This document shows positions 15,920 through 20,000 of a stretch of DNA of 20,000 nt, piece by piece. Position numbers and translations under genes: made by a program. The DNA lies in the IMG/VR virus record IMGVR_UViG_3300013383_000030, one strand, 5' to 3'. Under the pieces are notes generated by a model. That model was not told the origin of the DNA. It did not search any database and was given only the letters and a program-made list of their open reading frames with translations. This DNA is from an uncultured virus (IMG/VR IMGVR_UViG_3300013383_000030) (Duplodnaviria > Heunggongvirae > Uroviricota > Caudoviricetes). Positions within the stretch are counted from its first letter, which is position 1. Every line of letters starts with the position of its first letter.

Positions 15920-16088
15920 TTTGGTTTTCCTTTCTCTTTATGCTACTATTGTAGCATATTTGAGATGATTTGCAACAACTGTTTCAAATTTTATCAAATT
16001 GTGGCGGAAGGGTTTGCCAAAATCTTATATTATAGCATATTTCCTGTGATAGTCAAATCGAGTTTTGTTTTTCCGAAAATGGGGGTGC

Positions 16089-16120
16089 AAAAAAAAGCGG
16101 GGGGGGGTACTCCCCCCGCT
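16089..16120 (-). terminator. Intrinsic terminator
   Basis: AGCGGGGGG..CCCCCCGCT followed by a T run. Confidence 0.85.
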
Positions 16121-16141
16121 AAACGAACGACCAAGGAGACT

Positions 16142-16708
16142 TCAGAAGTTCGGATTCACCCAAATGTCACCGGCCTCGTTGAACTCCATGAAATTGTCAA
16201 GTCCGATTTCCTCTTTGGGTTCTGCGTCATAATCGGGTTCTCCGTTCTCACCTTCCGGATACTCAAGGGAATACGCACCCTCGTCGTAATTGAAGTTCCC
16301 GTTGTGGTCTACCGCCCAATGTTCACAGAATCCACAACCCGGCTCCGTTGTAAACGCTTCACACCCAAAGCCGAGCGTTTTGGCAAGATGCGGAAGGTTC
16401 GTATAGTGCGCAGTCCCGTATTTATACTCGTATCCATTCTTTTCCGGCACATATATTTGCGAGATGCATTCCAGTTTCTTCGGGTCATCATCGTGGTAGA
16501 GGAATTCGGAACAATCCCACGCCCCGTCAACATCCATGTCGCAGGAGAAGAACTCTCCGTTCTGCGTTATCGGGGTCATTTGGGTAGTGCCGCGATTCTT
16601 CGCAAGGGTGAATTCCTTGTCTTCGTTCTGCATAATCTTGAATATGCGCTCAAGGACGCTCTTGTCCTTCGCCACAACCCTCATCGTTCCATAACAGTCG
16701 TTTGCCAT
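16142..16708 (-). CDS. Acidic hypothetical protein
   Basis: Cassette promoter, SD and downstream terminator. Confidence 0.8.
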   Translation of the reverse strand: MANDCYGTMRVVAKDKSVLERIFKIMQNEDKEFTLAKNRGTTQMTPITQNGEFFSCDMDVDGAWDCSEFLYHDDDPKKLECISQIYVPEKNGYEYKYGTAHYTNLPHLAKTLGFGCEAFTTEPGCGFCEHWAVDHNGNFNYDEGAYSLEYPEGENGEPDYDAEPKEEIGLDNFMEFNEAGDIWVNPNF

Positions 16709-16773
16709 ATCGTATGTTTCCTTTCTCTTTGTGCCACTATTATAGCATATGTGCTTCGATTGTCAACCCGACT

Positions 16774-17049
16774 TCAGAGTGTCGGCTCAAGCGTGAGGTC
16801 GAAGTCGCTGGGCGAGAACACCTGTCCATCGAACTCATGGAAGACAACATCGTCGCTCACGAGTTCGTCAGCCCTGTCGAGAATGTCCTCGGTCAGTTCT
16901 CCGTCCTCATCGTCCTTTTCGGGTTGGTCGAAAAGAACCTCATACAGGCAACCCTCACATTCAAGGTGTTCAAGATACCGCCTCTTGAGGATGATGAGTT
17001 TGACCCTGTCCAAGTCCTGCACGGTCATGAGATTCTCGAAATTGTCCAT
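16774..17049 (-). CDS. Very acidic small protein
   Basis: Cassette promoter; paralog at 17667-17891. Confidence 0.8.
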   Translation of the reverse strand: MDNFENLMTVQDLDRVKLIILKRRYLEHLECEGCLYEVLFDQPEKDDEDGELTEDILDRADELVSDDVVFHEFDGQVFSPSDFDLTLEPTL

Positions 17050-17154
17050 CTTGTGTTCCTTTCTCTTTCGTTTATGCTACTATTATAACATATCTCCTGT
17101 GATAGTCAAGACGGTTTTCTTTTTATTTGGAATCAATGCTGTTCTTCAACAAAT

Positions 17155-17442
17155 TTAATGTAGCTGTTCTTCAACAAATTTAATGTAATCGTATGCACAC
17201 TTTTCAATTTTGCACCTAAAATGCGTCTTGTCATTTTCGATGAAATAATCACTTCCTTCACAACCATAAGACCAACCGTAGGAATTTGCCGCATTCATGA
17301 GCAGATTGAGAAGAAATGCATTGACTTTCTTTCCATCCTCCTTATATGAAATGGATGTGTTCAAAAGATAGTGAAATGTCTTATCCCGCTTTTCGGTCGG
17401 GACAACATTATCGACATAGTGTATCACGAAAATCATTTTCAA
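17155..17442 (-). CDS. Hypothetical protein (TTG start)
   Basis: Cassette promoter at 17466-17492. Confidence 0.65.
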   Translation of the reverse strand: MKMIFVIHYVDNVVPTEKRDKTFHYLLNTSISYKEDGKKVNAFLLNLLMNAANSYGWSYGCEGSDYFIENDKTHFRCKIEKCAYDYIKFVEEQLH

Positions 17443-17666
17443 TCCTTCTTGGTTGTTATGCCAATATTATAGCATATATCCAATGACTGTAAAGTCGATT
17501 TTCAAAATATTTTGTACTATGTTTGAAAAATTACCGAAAATATATATTATAGCATATTTCCTGTGATAGTCAAATCGAGTTTTGTTTTTTCCGAAATTGT
17601 GAAGAGGGGGGTGCTTATTTCTTTTCTAAAACTGTGGCATACACGAAATATCCTGCAATAGTCAAC

Positions 17667-17891
17667 TCATTTTTCATGCACAAACGCCTGTTTCTCGCCC
17701 ACGAGTTTGTCAGCCCCGTCAAGAATGTCCTCCGTCAGCCCTCCGTCTTCCTCGTCCTTGTCGGGTAGGTCGAATAGAACCTCGTAGAGACAGCCTTCTC
17801 CTTCAAGGTGTTCAAGACATCTCTTCTTGAGGATGATGAGTTTGTCCCTGTCCAAGTCCTACACGGTCATGAGGTTCGCGAAATTGTCCAT
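17667..17891 (-). pseudogene. Paralog of 16774-17049 with an in-frame TAG and a shorter C-terminus
   Basis: ATG GAC AAT TTC...GTG TAG GAC versus GTG CAG GAC in the paralog. Confidence 0.75.
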
Positions 17892-17977
17892 CTTGTGTTC
17901 CTTTCTCTTTCGTTTGTGCCACTATTATGGCATATTTCCAACGACTGTAAAGCCCGTTTTCAGAAAACTCGGCCCCA

Positions 17978-18166
17978 TTAGAGGGTGTTGTATTCAAGAA
18001 CCTTCTTGCCCTCGTCAAGTTGCATGAGCATTGAGACATAATGCTCCTGTTCCGCCCCGTCAGTTCCGCAAAGCCCCTCCATGAGCCACGCACGGCAGTC
18101 CCTCTTGTTTCTGAAGGTCTGGAGCGTCCTGTTCTTGTCAAGGTTGTCTATGATGAAATATCTCAT
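17978..18166 (-). CDS. Small hypothetical protein
   Basis: SD AAGGA; follows 18183-18494. Confidence 0.75.
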   Translation of the reverse strand: MRYFIIDNLDKNRTLQTFRNKRDCRAWLMEGLCGTDGAEQEHYVSMLMQLDEGKKVLEYNTL

Positions 18167-18182
18167 TTCCTTTTCTCCTTTA

Positions 18183-18494
18183 TCAAATGGGGAACGTGAT
18201 GGTCATTCCGATTTCGTCATTGTACATTGAATGGAAGTCATAGCGGAAACCGCTCTTGTCCGCATTCTCATAAGCGTCGCGGCAGGCTTCAGCCCAATCG
18301 TCAACAGGCTGAACGATTTGAAGAGCCTTGCACATGACATCCGTGAACTTCTGCTGACGGAAGTACTTGTCCTTTTCAATCTTGTTCCATACCGCGTCCA
18401 TGTTCTCGCCGTCATAGGAAGGCGCGAAAACTACATGGATGAAACCAGTGCGGTTTTCATAATCGTCCTTGAAGTCAAACTTTGAGATTCTCAT
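18183..18494 (-). CDS. Hypothetical protein
   Basis: Cassette promoter and SD. Confidence 0.8.
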   Translation of the reverse strand: MRISKFDFKDDYENRTGFIHVVFAPSYDGENMDAVWNKIEKDKYFRQQKFTDVMCKALQIVQPVDDWAEACRDAYENADKSGFRYDFHSMYNDEIGMTITFPI

Positions 18495-18558
18495 TCTGTT
18501 TTCCTTTCTCGTTTATGCCACTATTATACAGTATTTCCAACGATAGTCAAGCCCCTTT

Positions 18559-18774
18559 TCAGTTCCATGAGAACTCGAACGTGACCCCATTGTTCGTGAT
18601 ACGGCGGATTCCGATGCGGAGAAAACGCTCAACATCTCTCTTCCTCATGTAAAGTCCAGTATGGTGGTGAACACAGTCCTTGAAGAACGGAACGATGTCC
18701 TCCTTTACTAACATGGTGGGTTCTTCCATGAGATAAGAGCGTCCGCCACAAGTGCAAGATGCAATAAAACACAT
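18559..18774 (-). CDS. Small hypothetical protein
   Basis: Cassette leader and SD. Confidence 0.7.
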   Translation of the reverse strand: MCFIASCTCGGRSYLMEEPTMLVKEDIVPFFKDCVHHHTGLYMRKRDVERFLRIGIRRITNNGVTFEFSWN

Positions 18775-18875
18775 ATTTCCTGTTTCCTTTCTCGTTTGCT
18801 GTGCAACTATTATATCACATATCCTTCGTTTATGCCAATATTATAGCATATATCCTGCAGTTGTCAAGGTTGTTT

Positions 18876-19415
18876 TCACTCTTCCTCTACTTTTCCTCCA
18901 ACCACCTTGAAATCACGTCTTCCCTCGTCCATATCAAGCGAAAGTTCAGACCCGTCTTCAAGGTATTTTGCCATGACTTCAAATGCCTGTTCCATCACTG
19001 TTTCCCATCCATAAGACGCATCAAATCCATTGCTGAACGCCTTGAAACCATCAACATCGGTCTCCGTCAACACATGCAGGACATCGACTTTCTCGTATTT
19101 CCCGCTCTTCGGATTTGGTATGATGTGCTGTACAGTCCAGTATCCGATTCCCTTCCTCTTGCAGTCCTCCTCGGTCATTCCCTTTGGAGCTTCCATACCA
19201 ACACCCCATGTGATTTGGTTTTTGCTTCCTGCGTTCGAAAAAAACACTCTCATAAGATTTCCAAACTTATTGAGGTCGAAGTCTTTTTCCCACAAATCAA
19301 GGTTGAAACGGAAATCTTTCCCGTCATGTTTCTTAATGTACCGATTGAGGGCTTTCACAAGACCATCCTCATCCTTGAATTTGTACTTCATGCAGATTCC
19401 GTAGCACTGACCCAT
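18876..19415 (-). CDS. Hypothetical protein (MGQCYG...)
   Basis: The cassette SD AAAGGAG places the start at 19415. Confidence 0.8.
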   Translation of the reverse strand: MGQCYGICMKYKFKDEDGLVKALNRYIKKHDGKDFRFNLDLWEKDFDLNKFGNLMRVFFSNAGSKNQITWGVGMEAPKGMTEEDCKRKGIGYWTVQHIIPNPKSGKYEKVDVLHVLTETDVDGFKAFSNGFDASYGWETVMEQAFEVMAKYLEDGSELSLDMDEGRRDFKVVGGKVEEE

Positions 19416-19586
19416 TTTGTTCTCCTTTCTTTTTCTTTCGTTTATGTCACTATTATAGCATATTTCCAACAATAGTCCAGCACATTTTCAAAATAATCTG
19501 TCATACCCGAAATTTTTGCCGAAATCCTGTATCATTATAGCATATTTCCATCAACAATCAAATGTGTTTTCGTTCCTCCAAAAATA

Positions 19587-19620
19587 AAAAATCGACACCC
19601 CGTTTTATTTGGGGTGTCGA
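19587..19620 (-). terminator. Hairpin / intrinsic terminator
   Basis: TCGACACCCC/GGGGTGTCGA stem, with a T tract on the - strand. Confidence 0.65.
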
Positions 19621-19749
19621 GTGTGGGTTTCAGAAGCATACATTAATTAAATTCTTTAATTATTTATATTTATATAATACTAAAAATTTTATTTTAAATA
19701 AACTTTTTAATAATATTTAAAGTTAATAAATATTAAAGTAAATACAATC

Positions 19750-20000
19750 ATGACAACGCTTAAATTGAAATTAGAAAATGAAATAGATATTCTGAAAGAA
19801 CAGAAAACTTTCAGCAATATTGTTCGTCTTTCATTTAATCGTTTTCAGGATGGATTCAAAGAAAAAGATATTAGAACTTTTTTAAAAGATAAATTTGAAG
19901 GTTGGAATTCATGGTTTATTCAATGTGGAATAAAAGTAGGACAACAACTGTTTCAGAAACACAAAGATAAACATATTGTTTTTGGCGGAAAACATAATCT
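19750..20000 (+). CDS. N-terminus of a second TnpB-related protein (partial)
   Basis: MTTLKLKL...IVRLSFNRFQDG..EKDIR...SWFIQC...IVFGGK is an N-terminal pattern of TnpB-related proteins; preceded by a very AT-rich segment; the RuvC domain is outside the window. Confidence 0.65.
   Translation, partial: MTTLKLKLENEIDILKEQKTFSNIVRLSFNRFQDGFKEKDIRTFLKDKFEGWNSWFIQCGIKVGQQLFQKHKDKHIVFGGKHN

Larger units (their letters stand above)
9895..19561 (-). repeat. Dispersed repeat: about 20 copies of an early promoter + leader cassette
   Basis: Consensus TTGAC(T/A)-16 bp ending ATATG(C/T)-TATAAT-A(G/T)TGGCATAAACGAAAGAAAAAGAAAGGAAAA. The -10 boxes are near 9933, 11576, 11921, 12005, 12733, 13047, 14263, 15208, 15494, 15948, 16029, 16739, 17082, 17466, 17546, 17923, 18523, 18840, 19452 and 19534. 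Confidence 0.92.

Noticed and set aside
15659..17158. 499-aa + strand ORF, and similar long + strand ORFs (8079-9089, 14479-15186, 18801-19475)
   Set aside because: Antisense shadows of - strand genes that have clear promoters and SDs.
9895..19561. CRISPR array or integron attC interpretation of the repeats
   Set aside because: Spacing is gene-sized and irregular; repeats are non-palindromic promoter/RBS sequences; no cas or integrase gene is seen.

Overview
This window looks like part of a large (jumbo-type) bacteriophage genome; that assignment is inferred from gene content. 740-4400 is a minus-strand tRNA operon driven by two consensus sigma70 promoters with boxA-like sites. It holds about 9 tRNAs (several structurally atypical), a compact tilS, structured non-coding segments and an inserted, probably 5'-truncated tnpB. 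4750-6570 holds three adjacent ORFs resembling T3-type SAM lyases. About 7600-19560 is a minus-strand early-gene region of small ORFs, most preceded by a near-identical promoter/leader cassette (TTGACN-16 bp-TATAAT...GGCATAAACGAAAGAAAAAGAAAGGAAAA-ATG). About ten orphan IS200/IS605-type end hairpins are scattered through the window, and a second TnpB-like gene starts at the right edge. The most notable observations are: (i) RNAs in the tRNA operon and in two 3' UTRs that are antisense to the shared early-gene leader/SD; (ii) long-variable-arm tRNAs with Arg/Pro/CAU anticodons; (iii) the promoter-cassette array; (iv) the mini IS-end elements; (v) the SAM-lyase-like triplet.
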